Shown here in pieces: positions 31,286 to 43,599 of a DNA stretch of 64,000 nt; position 1 is the stretch's first letter; every line of letters starts with the position of its first letter. Where the stretch lies: positions 320,001 through 384,000 of the forward strand of contig JASGJN010000017.1 of NCBI GenBank assembly GCA_049840735.1. Direction: 5' to 3'. The notes under the pieces are model-generated. The model ran no database searches, was not told where the DNA came from, and worked only from the letters and a program-made list of their open reading frames with translations. Both the position numbers and the translations under genes were made by a program. The DNA is from Anaeromyxobacter sp. (GTDB lineage Bacteria; Myxococcota; Myxococcia; Myxococcales; Anaeromyxobacteraceae).

Positions 31286-34200
31286 TCACCTCCTCCAGCT
31301 ATCCCCGATACCATGGGCCCTCGGCGGGGGCGTCCGAGTCGGAGCATGTATCAGCGCATCCAAGCCTTGCCCTACCTTGACCCCCAGGTATCCTGCCACC
31401 GACGCCGCGGCAGGCGGAACTACTCTGCACGCCCAATCCACCGTCCTCGCATACAGCGCGGTCGAAGGAATTCCCCATTCCGGGGCCATTCCTTTCCAGT
31501 AATTCAGGCTGAGGGTGCGATGAAAGACCCCCCTCAGCGCCGGCTGATTCCACAAGTTGAACCCAGCATTCCGGATTCCCTGCGGAACCCAGGTCCACCT
31601 TTGTGGGAACAGCCAATGATCAAGGCTTCTACCCAATGCTGGACCGTTTTCCGCCCAGTACTCTCTACTGATCCTACCGTAGGAGCGCGGATCATAGAAG
31701 AAGCGCTGGACCCCCGTTGGCAAGCGGTTCCAAGCCCCACGGAAGAAGGCCCCGCCGCCAGCCTCGAGGGCGACGAACGACATCTGAATGCCGGCCGAGA
31801 CCTGGCCTACTTTCAGCGCCAAATCTCCGGCCGGCTGGCCCCCGAGTGCATCCATAACCTGCGAACGCGCGCCCGCCTCACCGGGCCGGCCGCACTGCTG
31901 AGCATACGTAATCAATTTCCATTTTGCATCATCATTGAACTGGGAAACTCCCGCCTCATTTGCGAGCGCGGCAGCAACCGTTCCAGGGGTAGGCACCCAC
32001 CCCCCAATGCTCATAAGCGTCCCCGTGGAACCCTTGTAATGTAGCCCGAGGGACTTCTCCGGATCGAAGCGGGACACAGTCGGACACTTCCCCTCTAGTT
32101 GTCCCCACTCTCCGGGTGGCGGAGCCATTTCCAACTCCCCCGTTTCGACACGATAGCGGGAACCGGCGTCCGCGTCTCCCTTGCTTCGTGGATTGGGGAT
32201 CGCATTTGGCTCGGAGGGAGTCGCACCAAGGAGCATGGACTGTAGAAGCGCCAGCCCACCACTGAAGCCAAAACCGCCCCCACCTGGTGATCCTCCCAAT
32301 GCAGCTTCACGGAGACTCGGCGAGGTACCTGTACCCGAGTCGCCAGGGCCAGCATTCGAGGTCGCTCCCAAGCCCGTCGAATCTCCGGGCGATACGCTCT
32401 CGGCGCCGGCGCGGGCTGACTCGTCATCCAGAGCCGCAGGAGGCGACGCATCCCCCGATTCATCCGGCTGGTCCTTGGCCGCGCCCGAGGCTGACAGCAC
32501 CAACCGATCCATACCTTCCGCATCCGCCCCATCGCTAGTCGACGACGGGCCGTCCCCAGCCGAGGCGGCCGTCGCCGTCACAGAAGCGCCCGCATTCGCC
32601 TTGGCCGGAGGCGGACCAGACACAAGTGCCTCGGTCGCATGCCTCAATCGATTGAACGCGTCTCTGCCGAAACCGTTATCCAATGCCTGCACAATTGCAC
32701 CACCCAGAGCGTTTCCGAATGAATCCGTGGCCACCTGCTTAATGTCCACGCGGCCGTTGACGACAATAGAAACGGCGCTTTGACGAATGATGCCGTTCAT
32801 GGTCTCGCGGAGCACCTGTAGTGTCCACCCTCTGTCAAGACAGTGCCGCCGGCGGTAATCGGGCGGGTTGAGCGGCACGGTCCCTGGTTGCTACGCAGCC
32901 GTCACGACGACGTCCCCGAGCTTCTCGGCCCGGTACTCCGCAGGCGTCTTCCAGCCCAGCGCCTGGTGCGGCCGCTGGGTGTTGTAGCGGTGCTGCCAGG
33001 CCAGCACCGCCTCACGGAGCTGCTCGGCGGTGTCCCAGTCGCGCAGCCAGATGACCTCCTCCTTCATCGTCCGGATCACCCGCTCCGCGACCGCGTTGCC
33101 GGTGGGCCGACCCACCGGGGCGAAGGTGTGGGTCAGGCCCCAGGCCGCCACCAGGGCGGCGCAGTCAGCGCCGGTGTACTGCGGCCCGTGGTCGGAGCGC
33201 AGTTCGACGCCGGGCGGCACGCCCCGCGGCATTCCAAACGCCGCTCGCAGGGCCTCCTGGACCGATTCCAGGACCGCCGGGCCGTGCTGGTCCTTGGTCA
33301 CCTGCAGCCCCAGCACGCTGCGGCAGCCGCAGTCGATGGTGGGGACCACCGCCACCCACCCGTCCTGCTTCGTCCAGGTCGTCGTGAAGTCGGTGGCGAT
33401 GCGGCGGTTCGGCTCCGGGACCACCACGTGGCCGCGGGTGGGTCTCACCCGGCTCGCGATCACGGGCCAGCACGAGGCCGTGGGCCCGCATCAGCGCGTG
33501 GACCCGCTTCTTGGAAACCTTGAGCCCCTGGCGCTTCAGCGTCGCCCAGACCTTCCGGACGCCCCAGGCCGGCTCCGCCTGGATGATCTGGCGGATCGCC
33601 TCCAGCACCACCTCGTTGGAGGTGTGCCGCGGCGCCCGCCGCAGCGTCACCACCCGGGCCGCTGGCCGGGGCCTCTTCGCGGCGTAGTACGCCGCCCTCG
33701 AGATGTTGAACGCCTCACAGAGCTGGGTCACAGTAGCGACGCCCGCCCGAGGTTCTCCCTGCTCATTTCCGCGACCTCGCGGGCCGAGAAGGGCGGGGCT
33801 TGATGCCCCATCGCCTTCTGCAGCAGCGTCACTGCACCGTCGCGTTCAGGGCCGTCTCCCGCATGACCTCGAGCTCCGCCTCCAGCTCGGTCTCCCGGGC
33901 CGACTTCCCCCGTGCCCTGCCGCAACGCAGCGTCGATGCCGGCCAGCGCGTCCGCCCGCCAGCCCTCCACCGTCTCCGGCAGGACTCCGAACCGCATCGC
34001 CACCTGGTCCACGGTGGCCTTGCCGCCCAGCAGCTCCAGCACGGCCCTGCGCCGATCCTCGGCGCTGCGCCGGCCCGGCCGTCCCCGCACGTTCTCCGGG
34101 GCCGCCGCGGCCTTCGCCGCCTCCGTCTTCTCCGCAGTCTTCTCGTCCTTCTTCACAGCCAGCCTTCTACCCGATCCGCTCCGGGTTTACCGACCCGAGG

Positions 34201-37105
34201 ACTGTCAACCTCGGCGAGGGGAACACCGTAGTCTCGCGGAGCACCGTCTCCCCAGCGCCGACCAACTGGTTCCCGCGAATGAGCGAATTATCAGAATGCC
34301 CAAGGTTCGAAAGCGCCCCGCCATAGAACACCTTGTCCGCTGCAGTGTTAAGCCCCGCAGACAAACTGGCCATCGCCATCGACTTCCAACTGAACTTGTC
34401 CTGCGTGCCCACCAGGATAGCAATGCCCTGCGACGCGGCGTTCTGAGCCGCAGCATTCAAGGCTGCTGCCCCAACCCGCAATGCGGTGTTCTGGATGCCG
34501 GAGATAGCTCCACTGCCCGCTCCAAGCACAGACGTGGCGGCGGCGACAGCAACCTGCTTCCAGCTGAAGCTCTCCTGCATGCCCATGGCCATTCCGACGA
34601 GCTGACCGGCAGCGGATCCCACAGCGGCACCGATGGCACCTGCGACCGTGCTAGCCGCGAAGCCCACGCTGAGGGCCCCCATCGCCGGTCCGAGCACCGC
34701 CAGTGCAGCCCCGGCGGTGAAGTACGCGGCCACCGCGGTGACCACGATCACCATGATCATCCCGATGACGCCGCACCCCTTGTTGGCGGGCATCGGGATG
34801 TTCGGCGTGGTGCTGCCGACGATCCGGGACTGGTCGTAGGGCTGGTACGTGTCGGCGGTGTTCTTGGAGCCGATCGCTCCGTTCGGGATGACCAGGGTCT
34901 GGCCGACGCGCAGGTCTGCGTCGGTGCGCAGGCCGTTGGCGTCGGCGATCAGGTACCAGAGGCTCGAGTCGCCGTAGGACGACTGGGCGATGGACTTGAG
35001 CGTGTCGCCCGCGCGGACCGGGTACTGGCCCACGGCGGCGGAGGGGTAGGCGTTGGTGATGGGCTGGTAGGTGAGGCCGAAGTTGCCCTGCGCGACGTAG
35101 TTCGGGTCGCCGTTGTCCTTGTTCTGCTTGTGCGGGTCGGTCCCCTCCCCGTACACGCCCATCACGTTGCCGTTGACCACCAGCTCGCGGAGGATGCGCT
35201 CCTCCTGCAGCTTCTGCAGGACGTGGCCGTCGGCGTCGTTGATGAAGCTGCGGTCGTAGGCGTTCTTGGAGGAGTCGTCGAGACCGATCAGGAAGCCGTT
35301 CCCGTCGTAGGTCTCGGTGGTGGTGCCCTTGTTGCCGGCGTCGTCCTCGCGATAAGCGACCACCTTGGCTTCCTTGTAGCCCTCCAGCTTCGCGAAGCTG
35401 ACCTCGAAGACCTGCTTGGCGCCGCTCGAGCCCTTGCTGGTGTAGTTCTTGACGTTGCCGGCGTCGTCGTAGCCGGCGCCGTCCGTCCACACCCCGGAGA
35501 CCTTGGCCTCGTAGCGGGTCTCGTTGTCGAAGGCCCCGTTGGCGTTCATCACCTTCATCGACTTCACGCGCCCGTTCTGGTCGTAGCGGGTCACGCGGTT
35601 GCGGGCGCCGTTGGCCTCTGCGTCGTTCTCCACCAGCTTGGCGCGGTAGCCCGGATCGACGTCGTCGGTGGTGCCGACCTTCACCACGCGCGAGGCGCGG
35701 TCGTACAGGCGTTCATCCAGCTTGAGCGCGTACTTCGGATCGAGCGCGTTCCAGTTCTGGTCGAACACGCCGGTCTTCACCGACTCGAGGCGGTTCAGGG
35801 CGTCGTAGGTGTAGTACTCGTAGTTCACGCCATCGCGCGACTCGAACACGGTCCAGGTCGTGGGCCCCGCGTAGTCCGAGCCCTGGGCGCGCGCCACCAC
35901 CTGCTTGCCCCAGGACACGTCCTTGATGCGGTTGCCGTTCTTGTCGTAGGCGAGGATGTGACCCTGGTCCTTGGTGATGTTGGCCAGGTCGCCGGCGTCG
36001 CCGTTGACCGCGCCGTCCACCAGGATCTGGCGGTTCATGGCGTCGAAGGCGAAGAACTGGTTCTTGGTGCTCGCCTTGGTGTCGTAGACGGTGTGGGTGC
36101 CGATCACCGGCGCGCCGTAGGCGCCGACCGGGCCGTAGTCGGTGACCACCCGCCGGGTCTGCGCCTGGTAGGTGGTCAGCTGGTGGATGCGGTTGCCGAC
36201 GGCGTCGTACTCGAAGAGCACCGAGACGCCGTCCATGGCCTCCACGGTCGCGAGTCGGCCCAGCGTGTCGTAGCCGAGCCGCTGGTTCTGGTAGGTGACG
36301 GCGTCGGTGGGTAGCGCCTCGTTGGCCTGGATGCCGACACCCGAGGCCAAGCCGCTGACCGGCGTGCCCTGGGTGGTCTGCTCGAGGATCCGCTTTCCGC
36401 CGTAATTGTAGGCGTAGACGGTGCGCTGGCCGATGGCCCGGTCGCGGATCTCGATCAGCTGACCGGCGGCATCATAGGCGTAGCCGAGGTTCTGGGCCGA
36501 GCGCTCGGTCGTCGCCGTGCTCCACTTGGCCACGAGCTGGTTGGCCTTGTCGTAGGCGAAGAGCGTCTCCGTACCGCCGATGTCCTTGTGCGACTTGAGC
36601 TGGCCCTTGTCGAAGGTCCAGGTGGCAACGGCGCCGTTCGCGTCCTTGTCCCCCACCTGGCGACCGGCCTCGTCGTACACCTGCTGGCTGATCTGGCCGC
36701 CCGGCTGCTTGGTGGCGATCAGGTTGCCGCGGAGATCGTAGGTGTACTCGACGCGCTCGGCGTTGGGATTCACCTGGGCGATCTTCCGCCCGGCCTGGTC
36801 GTACTCCATGGTCGTGGTGAGCTCGACCTTGCCGGCGACGGCCTCGGCGACCAGCGAGACGGCGTACGTGTCGCTGACCGTGTACGCCCCCACGCCCTCG
36901 CTCTTGATGCTGGTGTTCCGGCCCAGCTTGTCGAAGCCGTAGCGGGTGAGGTGGCCTTCGCCGTCCTCGACCTGGACCTGGTTGCCGAAGGCGTCGAAGG
37001 AGCGGGTGATCTCGCCGCCGTCGGCGTGGATCTCGCGCGTCAACTGGCCACCCTCGTCCCAGACCTGCTGGTTGAGATTGCCGTTGGCGTCCCGGTTGCC
37101 GATCT
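31286..37105 (-). pseudogene. Orphan LysM-Rhs toxin 2: C-terminal half only, cut at 37105 by IS66 and split by an IS3-family element at 32817-34230
   Basis: 34231-37105 is near-identical to toxin 3 (~55940-58810). The frame resumes across the IS as ...GETVLRETMNGIIRQSAV...; different tip after ATDSFGNAL. Confidence 0.9.
32817..34230 (-). mobile_element. IS3-family element copy 1 (orfA HTH + orfB rve integrase) with a 15-bp flanking direct repeat
   Basis: orfB motifs ATDFT, LRSDHGPQYT, GNAVAERVIRTMKEE, YNTQRPHQAL. Ends TGTAGTGTCC.../...GAACACCGTA; gtctcgcggagcacc at 32802-32816 and 34231-34245. Confidence 0.9.
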
Positions 37106-38270
37106 GTAACCGCTGCACGGACCCCGGTTAGCGGCGCGGGGCGGCCCACCGCACGCTGGCCGGCATGTCGAGTCGGGAGATCTGGGCGGAGCGGGTGGCA
37201 GAGTGGAGGGCGAGCGGGCTCAGCTCCCCCCGGTTCTGCGAGGGCAAGGGGTTCACGGCGGGCGGCCTGCGGCACTGGTCGCATCGGCTGAGGCACGGCG
37301 GCAAGTCGGCCGGCGCGGATCCGCGTGGCGAAGGTGGTGCGCCTGCCGGCAGTCCCGAGCGCGCCCGCGGCCCCGGACCTGGTGGTCGAGGTCGGCATGG
37401 CGCGCATCGTGGTTCGTCCGGGGTTCGACCGGGCGACCTTCGCCGCCGTGCTCGAGACGCTGGCCGCGCGTGCGGAGGGCACCGCGATGATCCCGCACGG
37501 GCGTGGATGTGTTCGTGGGGCTCGACCCGGATCGACCTGCGGTGGAGCTTCGACCGGCTCGCCGGCATCGGTGACGGAGCGGATCCGGCCGGGAGGCCCC
37601 GGGTGCGCGGCGCGCTCCTTCGTCTTCTTCGGGAAGCGGCGTGACGCGATGAAGGTCGCTCTTTCTGCGATGGGACGGGAGATGTGCACTCTTCTACAAG
37701 CGCCTCGACCGCGGCACACTGCAGGCTGCCGGACGCGCCGGAGGGTGCGACGAGCATCGCCATCGACGAGCGGGCGCTGGGACGACCTGCTCCGACGGGG
37801 ATCGAAGTGCAGGAGAAGTAAAGCGAAGGTCGCGGTGGTCCGCACCCTTTGACAGATCGCGCCGGCGTTTGACTACCAACGTGGTCGCGATGGCGGCGAC
37901 GACGGTGGAGGATCGGATCAAGGAGCTCGAGGCGGCGCTCGCTGCCCGCGATGCCGCCCTGGCCGCCACCGAGGCGGAGCTGGCGAAGGTGACGCAGGAG
38001 CGTGATCTGCTCCGCGCCTCGCACGAGCGGCTGCGGTTCGAGCTGGAGCTGCTGGAAGCGCCGCATCTTCGTGGCCAAGGTTGAGCGGGTGGACCACCGC
38101 GCAGCTCGAGAATGGAGTTCGCCGCGAAGCTGGCCGAGCTGAACCGGCTCGGGGGGTGGCTTGCCGCCGAAGGCAGGCGGCGAGGACGGCGCCGAGCCGA
38201 AGGAGAAGCGCAAGCCAACCGTAGCGCCGGGAACGCCGCGTCTCCAGGTCAGTCCGGAGGCAGAGAAGAC
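37106..38270 (+). mobile_element. IS66-family element, left part (tnpA, tnpB, start of tnpC), frameshifted and truncated
   Basis: Starts GTAACCGCTGCACGG; W..RV.EWRASGLS..FC tnpA; DLRWSFDRL..FVFFGKRRD tnpB; coiled-coil tnpC N-terminus. Confidence 0.85.
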
Positions 38271-38273
38271 GGT

Positions 38274-38575
38274 CGTTCTTGGGGGTGGGGCCTCGCCGGC
38301 TCCACCCCTTCTCTCTTTGCGCGGGCGGATGATCACCGAGGAGGATCGCGGCGTCGATCATCGGCGATCAGAAATCGGCGCGGCGGACAGGCGAGGCGCG
38401 CTCGCTCCACGAAACGGACCCAGATCTCGGCGCGCACAGGATCTTCAAGCGCCGCAGGCGCGAGACCGGCGGCGCGAAGGGTCAGCGGGAATCAGGTCTG
38501 GGCCCGCCCGCGGCCTGAATATCCGAAAGTGTAATGTAGGATGACGCGACCCCTACCCACGCGACCCCTACCCCA
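38274..38575 (+). repeat. ISAs1-type left end fused to junction-repeat copy 6 (38501-38575)
   Basis: Near-identical to 43813-44108 and to the inverse of 42346-42633; homologous to 51405-51635. Confidence 0.9.
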
Positions 38576-38858
38576 GGGGCCCGGGCTACGTCCGCCAGAC
38601 GGGGTTCGCCGGCCGGTTACAGCTCGCCTCCGGCAAGCGCGCCGTCGTCGAGAGCCTCGTCTACGCGGCGCTGATCGGCCTCGCCGTCAGCCGCTCGAAT
38701 CTGGCGCTCCCTGCGCGCTCGCGCCGACGCAGCCCGGCGCGTCTCGGAGCGGCGTGTCACCGACGCGCTCGCCACGATCGCCGGCGATCTCGTTGGCGCG
38801 CTCCTGGGCGACGTCCCCGATGCTGCCCAGCTCCGGAGGTGGAACCGGCTGCTATCAC

Positions 38859-39713
38859 GTAAGCGCTGCACGAACCCCGTCTGGCGGCGGGCGGGCCGGG
38901 GAGGCAGGCTGGGCGCGTGGACTGGAACCACGCGCGAGCGCCAGGAGCGGCCCGGTCAGCCCGGCGACACCTGCTCACCCGCCACCGGGAGCGGCGGCGG
39001 GACGGTGAGCGTGCCGATCTCGTTGGCGAGCTCGGCGGGGTCGAGGCGCGCGCGGGTCTGGGCCCAGTACCTGGGTGCGAGCTCGAGGTAGCGGTCGCGC
39101 GGCCAGTGCGCGAGGACGCGGAAGAGGTCGCGCAGGTAGGCCTCGGGGTCGAGCCGGTGCAGCCGGGCCGAGGCGACGAGGGACAGGATGTGAGGCCGGC
39201 GAGTCCTCGCCGTGGTCGTGGCTGCCGACGAAGAGCCAGCTCTTCCTGCCGACGGCGACCCTGCGCAGCTCGCGCTCCGAGCGGTTGTTCTCGAGTTGGA
39301 GCCGCCCGTCCTCGAGCACGCGCATGAGCGCGTCCTTCTGCCGGACGGCGTAGCCGAGCGCCGAGGCGGACGAGCCCGCGCTGATCGCGGACGCGCTCGT
39401 ACTCCGCCTCGGCCCAGGCGAAGAAGTCGACCAGGTGCACGCGCAGGTGCTGACTACGCTGGCGCAGGATGGTCTCGGGCGGATCATTTCGCCAGAAGTC
39501 ATCGAGCGCGAACACGTACCCGATGCGCGCCAATCCCTCGCGGGCGACCTCGCTCTTCGTGCAGGTCGCCTCCCAGAACTTGCGTCGCGCGTGGGACCAG
39601 CAGCCGACCTCGACGCGGGTGTCCACCTCGCCGTCCTCGGGCGGCTTGTCCGGCTCGCGGAAGAGCACGTCGTAGACGCTCTTGGCGTCTGCCTGGATGT
39701 AGCCGGAGTACCC
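38859..39713 (-). mobile_element. IS66 tnpC 3' part and terminal repeat
   Basis: GYIQADA, GCWSHARRKF, LENNRSERELR.VAVGRKSWLF; end GTAAGCGCTGCACGAACCCC at 38859. Confidence 0.85.
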
Positions 39714-41125
39714 TGTAGTGTCCACCCTGTGTCAAGACAGTGCCGCCGGCGGTAATCGGGCGGGTTGAGCGGCACGGTCCCTGGTTGCTACGCAGCCGTC
39801 ACGACGACGTCCCCGAGCTTCTCGGCCCGGTACTCCGCAGGCGTCTTCCAGCCCAGCGCCTGGTGCGGCCGCTGGGTGTTGTAGCGGTGCTGCCAGGCCA
39901 GCACCGCCTCACGGAGCTGCTCGGCGGTGTCCCAGTCGCGCAGCCAGATGACCTCCTCCTTCATCGTCCGGATCACCCGCTCCGCGACCGCGTTGCCGGT
40001 GGGCCGACCCACCGGGGCGAAGGTGTGGGTCAGGCCCCAGGCCGCCACCAGGGCGGCGCAGTCAGCGCCGGTGTACTGCGGCCCGTGGTCGGAGCGCAGT
40101 TCGACGCCGGGCGGCACGCCCCGCGGCATTCCAAACGCCGCTCGCAGGGCCTCCTGGACCGATTCCAGGACCGCCGGGCCGTGCTGGTCCTTGGTCACCT
40201 GCAGGCCCCAGCACGCTGCGGCAGCCGCAGTCGATGGTGGGGACCACCGCCACCCACCCGTCCTGCTTCGTCCAGGTCGTCGTGAAGTCGGTGGCCATGC
40301 GGCGGTTCGGCTCCGGGACCACCACGTGGCCGCGGGTGGTCTCACCCGGCTCGCGATCACGGGCCAGCACGAGGCCGTGGGCCCGCATCAGCGCGTGGAC
40401 CCGCTTCTTGGAAACCTTGAGCCCCTGGCGCTTCAGCGTCGCCCAGACCTTCCGGACGCCCCAGGCCGGCTCCGCCTGGATGATCTGGCGGATCGCCTCC
40501 AGCACCACCTCGTTGGAGGTGTGCCGCGGCGCCCGCCGCAGCGTCACCCACCCGGGCCGCTGGCCGGGGCCTCTTCGCGGCGTAGTACGCCGCCCTCGAG
40601 ATGTTGAACGCCTCACAGAGCTGGGTCACAGTAGCGACGCCCGCCGAGGTCTCCCTGCTCATTTCCGCGACCTCGCGGGCCGAGAAGGGCGGGGCTTGAT
40701 GCCCATCGCCTTCTGCAGCAGCGTCACCTGCACCGTCGCGTTCAGGGCCGTCTCCCGCATGACCTCGAGCTCCGCCTCCAGCTCGGTCTCCCGGGCCGAC
40801 TTCCCCGTGCCCTGCCGCAACGCAGCGTCGATGCCGGCCAGCGCGTCCGCCCGCCAGCCCTCCACCGTCTCCGGCAGGACTCCGAACCGCATCGCCACCT
40901 GGTCCACGGTGGCCTTGCCGCCCAGCAGCTCCAGCACGGCCCTGCGCCGATCCTCGGCGCTGCGCCGGCCCGGCCGTCCCCGCACGTTCTCCGGGGCCGC
41001 CGCGGCCTTCGCCGCCTCCGTCTTCTCCGCAGTCTTCTCGTCCTTCTTCACAGCCAGCCTTCTACCCGATCCGCTCCAGGTTTACCGACCCGAGGACTGT
41101 CAACCTCGGCGAGGGGAACACCGTA
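39714..41125 (-). mobile_element. IS3-family element copy 2, without matching flanks
   Basis: Near-identical to 32817-34230 with indels at different positions. Confidence 0.9.
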
Positions 41126-41331
41126 CGGCTCTACTGTTGACGCCTGTCGCCGAGCTGTCCGCGGCGACCGTGGTTGGTGCAGTGGTGGTGGCTGGTGCCG
41201 CGGGGGTGGGCATCGGGTACGCTGCACGCAAGCTATCAGGCGGGTGGATCGACGATCAGATGCAGCGCTTCTTCGACTGGGCGCTCGGCGACGCAGACAC
41301 CGCTTACGCACGAGAGCATCCAGTTGCTTGA
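41126..41331 (+). pseudogene. Orphan toxin C-terminal fragment (hydrophobic, glycine-zipper-like)
   Basis: ...ATVVGAVVVAGAAGVGIGYAARKLSGGWIDDQMQRFFDW...stop; 5' end removed by the IS. Confidence 0.5.
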
Positions 41332-41435
41332 GGGGCGCCGCCGGTGCCGAGGTCATTGCGGCTGGATGACGTGCGGCGACGGAAAGGGTATAGAAGGGGA
41401 TAGGTGGATCGGGCGCTCGATGTGCCCGGCTTTTC

Positions 41436-42305
41436 ATGGGCCTCGCTTGTTCGTACGTGAAGTCAGGAGGGGCTGTGATTCTGGCGGGAGTGATTGCGGC
41501 GGCGGCCGTGCTCGCGGTTCCTTATGGTCGGCTCGATCCCTTGTCTGGGTGCGTGGTGCATCAGGTTCAGTCGGGTGCGCAGTATGTTTGCGACTCTTAC
41601 GTGGTCTCTATCGAGGATTACCCCACGGCCGAGTCGGCTCGCCAACGCGTAAGCGAAGTTGTTGCTGCGCTTCGCCGGGAAGCTCAAGGCGCTGCCGTGG
41701 TGGGGAAGCAGAAGTTGAGTGTCGCCGGGGTTGATCGGGAAGTGACGCGTATCGCCTACCAGGGAAAGGGTCGCGAAGCGTATCTTCTAGAGGTCAAGCG
41801 GCGCGAAGGGACTCGGATTCTGGGGTGTCGGGCTGCAGAACAAATTCGTGTCTGCGAGGCGGCGTTTAGCAGTGTTGTGAATCGCCAATGGGGTGAGGTG
41901 CCGCTAAATGTCGCGGGGCGGCTGATCGCTGAGCCAAAGGGCTGTCGGTGGTCGTCGCGCTGGGACGGAGGCAGAATCGAGTGCGGGACTGATTATCGCG
42001 CTGAGTGGGGGGTGGCTCCAAGTGAGGAGGAGGGCGTTCGCCGCTCTAACGAACTCGCAGATATCGTGTTCAATAGCTTCAGCCGCGCTGCCGGAGTTGT
42101 TGTGGAGCGTGGCATTGTGAAATGCACCCTTGGTGGTGTTGCGACTGAGTGCCAGCGGATTGTTGTTGAAATCGGACATCCTCGGGAGTCCGTGTACTTG
42201 ACGGCGGGTGCAATTATTGAGGGCCGACCTGTGTTTGCGTATTGCTCCTCGGCTGGGAAAGACGGCTCCCGAGCACCCTGCTCTGTGCTCTTCGCGGCTC
42301 CGTAG
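41436..42305 (+). CDS. Cys-rich exported or membrane-anchored hypothetical protein; probable immunity protein
   Basis: 289 aa, lower GC, N-terminal hydrophobic helix, follows the toxin fragment. Confidence 0.6.
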   Translation: MGLACSYVKSGGAVILAGVIAAAAVLAVPYGRLDPLSGCVVHQVQSGAQYVCDSYVVSIEDYPTAESARQRVSEVVAALRREAQGAAVVGKQKLSVAGVDREVTRIAYQGKGREAYLLEVKRREGTRILGCRAAEQIRVCEAAFSSVVNRQWGEVPLNVAGRLIAEPKGCRWSSRWDGGRIECGTDYRAEWGVAPSEEEGVRRSNELADIVFNSFSRAAGVVVERGIVKCTLGGVATECQRIVVEIGHPRESVYLTAGAIIEGRPVFAYCSSAGKDGSRAPCSVLFAAP

Positions 42306-42345
42306 TGGTCGGGGGTGCCGCCCATCAGGCATCGGGTGCACCCTT

Positions 42346-42676
42346 GGGGGTAGGGGTCGCGTCATCCTACATTACACTTTCGGATATTCAGGCCGCGGGC
42401 GGGCCCAGACCTGATTCCCGCTGACCCTTCGCGCCGCCGGTCTCGCGCCTGCGGCGCTTGAAGATCCTGTGCGCGCCGAGATCTGGGTCCGTTTCGTGGA
42501 GCGAGCGCGCCTCGCCCGTCCGCCGCGCCGATTTCTGATCGCCGATGATCGACGCCGCGATCCTCCTCGGTGATCATCCGCCCGCGCAAAGAGAGAAGGG
42601 GTGGAGCCGGCGAGGCCCCACCCCCAAGAACGGCCTACTCGCGCAAAGAGAGGCAGGCCGAGGAGCAGGAATCATG
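42346..42676 (-). repeat. Junction-repeat copy 7 (42346-42405, inverted) plus ISAs1-type left end
   Basis: ggggtaggggtcgcgtcatcctacattacactttcggatattcaggccgcgggcgggcc then cagacctgattcccgctgac. Confidence 0.9.
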
Positions 42677-43103
42677 CTGTCGCCACCGGTCTCGGGTGAG
42701 CCCAGTTCCACCGGTCCCACCGAGCACCCGGTTCCCACCTGAGATGGTGGATCGCCTCTTCGATCTGGCGTTCTTCCTCGTCGGAGCCATTCACCGGTGG
42801 TCAACTGCCTTGACCTTGGTGTTCGCGGAGGACCTTGAACGAGCCCACCAGCCCGTCTCTGCCCTGACCTGGAGGGATTCTGTTCGGCCCAGGCAGCAGG
42901 GGCCGGCGCTCGCCGGTGCCCAGGCGCCGATATGCCTCCACCCCACCGGGTGGGCTCATTGTTGCCGCTCACGCTGGTTGATGGAGACGCGAACAGCCTC
43001 GCTGCTGGCCATCGCGGCGTGAGCGCGGCGCGCGCAGTGGCGTGATGGAGGTCGCGGGCCGCCCGACCGCCGGGCGCGGGGGCCGCGGCGACGGGCGGGG
43101 ACG

Positions 43104-43290
43104 CGATGGACGTGGTGCTGGGCGAGGACGATGGCCACCCCTGCCAGGCGAACCGCGACGCCATCGAGACGGTCAGCTGGCTGCGGATCATCGGCTACAA
43201 CGCGCTGAGCGCCTGGCGGGCCCTGGCGCCTCGCAAGGACGGGAAACCCGTCGCCTGGGCCCGCGCCACGGAGACCCGGACGCGCCTCGT
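43104..43290 (+). mobile_element. ISAs1 transposase 3' fragment
   Basis: DVVLGEDDGHPCQANRDAIETVSWLRIIGYNAL, nearly the same as the C-terminus encoded at ~50140-50320. Confidence 0.8.
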
Positions 43291-43599
43291 CCACGGTGGG
43301 GAGCTTGGCCGCCCAGGACTTGACGTCGATGCGGAAGTAGACGATTCGAGAACTGCTCTGGCTTCCTCCAAGCAAGTAAGTCAGGGCACGACGGGGTGCG
43401 TGTTTGCGGCACGCCCCCGTCACCTTTTTGTGGTCAGCGACGCGCCAGCGCCCCGCCTACACCTAAACCGACTACCATCACCGTGAGTGACCGCCAGTTT
43501 GCATGCTGGGCGGCGGGCACCTACATGGCGCTGCCGGCCCGCCCGTCAGCCAGCCTGCGCGAAATCCGGCCTCCGACCCTCAACGGGCTCGCGCGCTAA

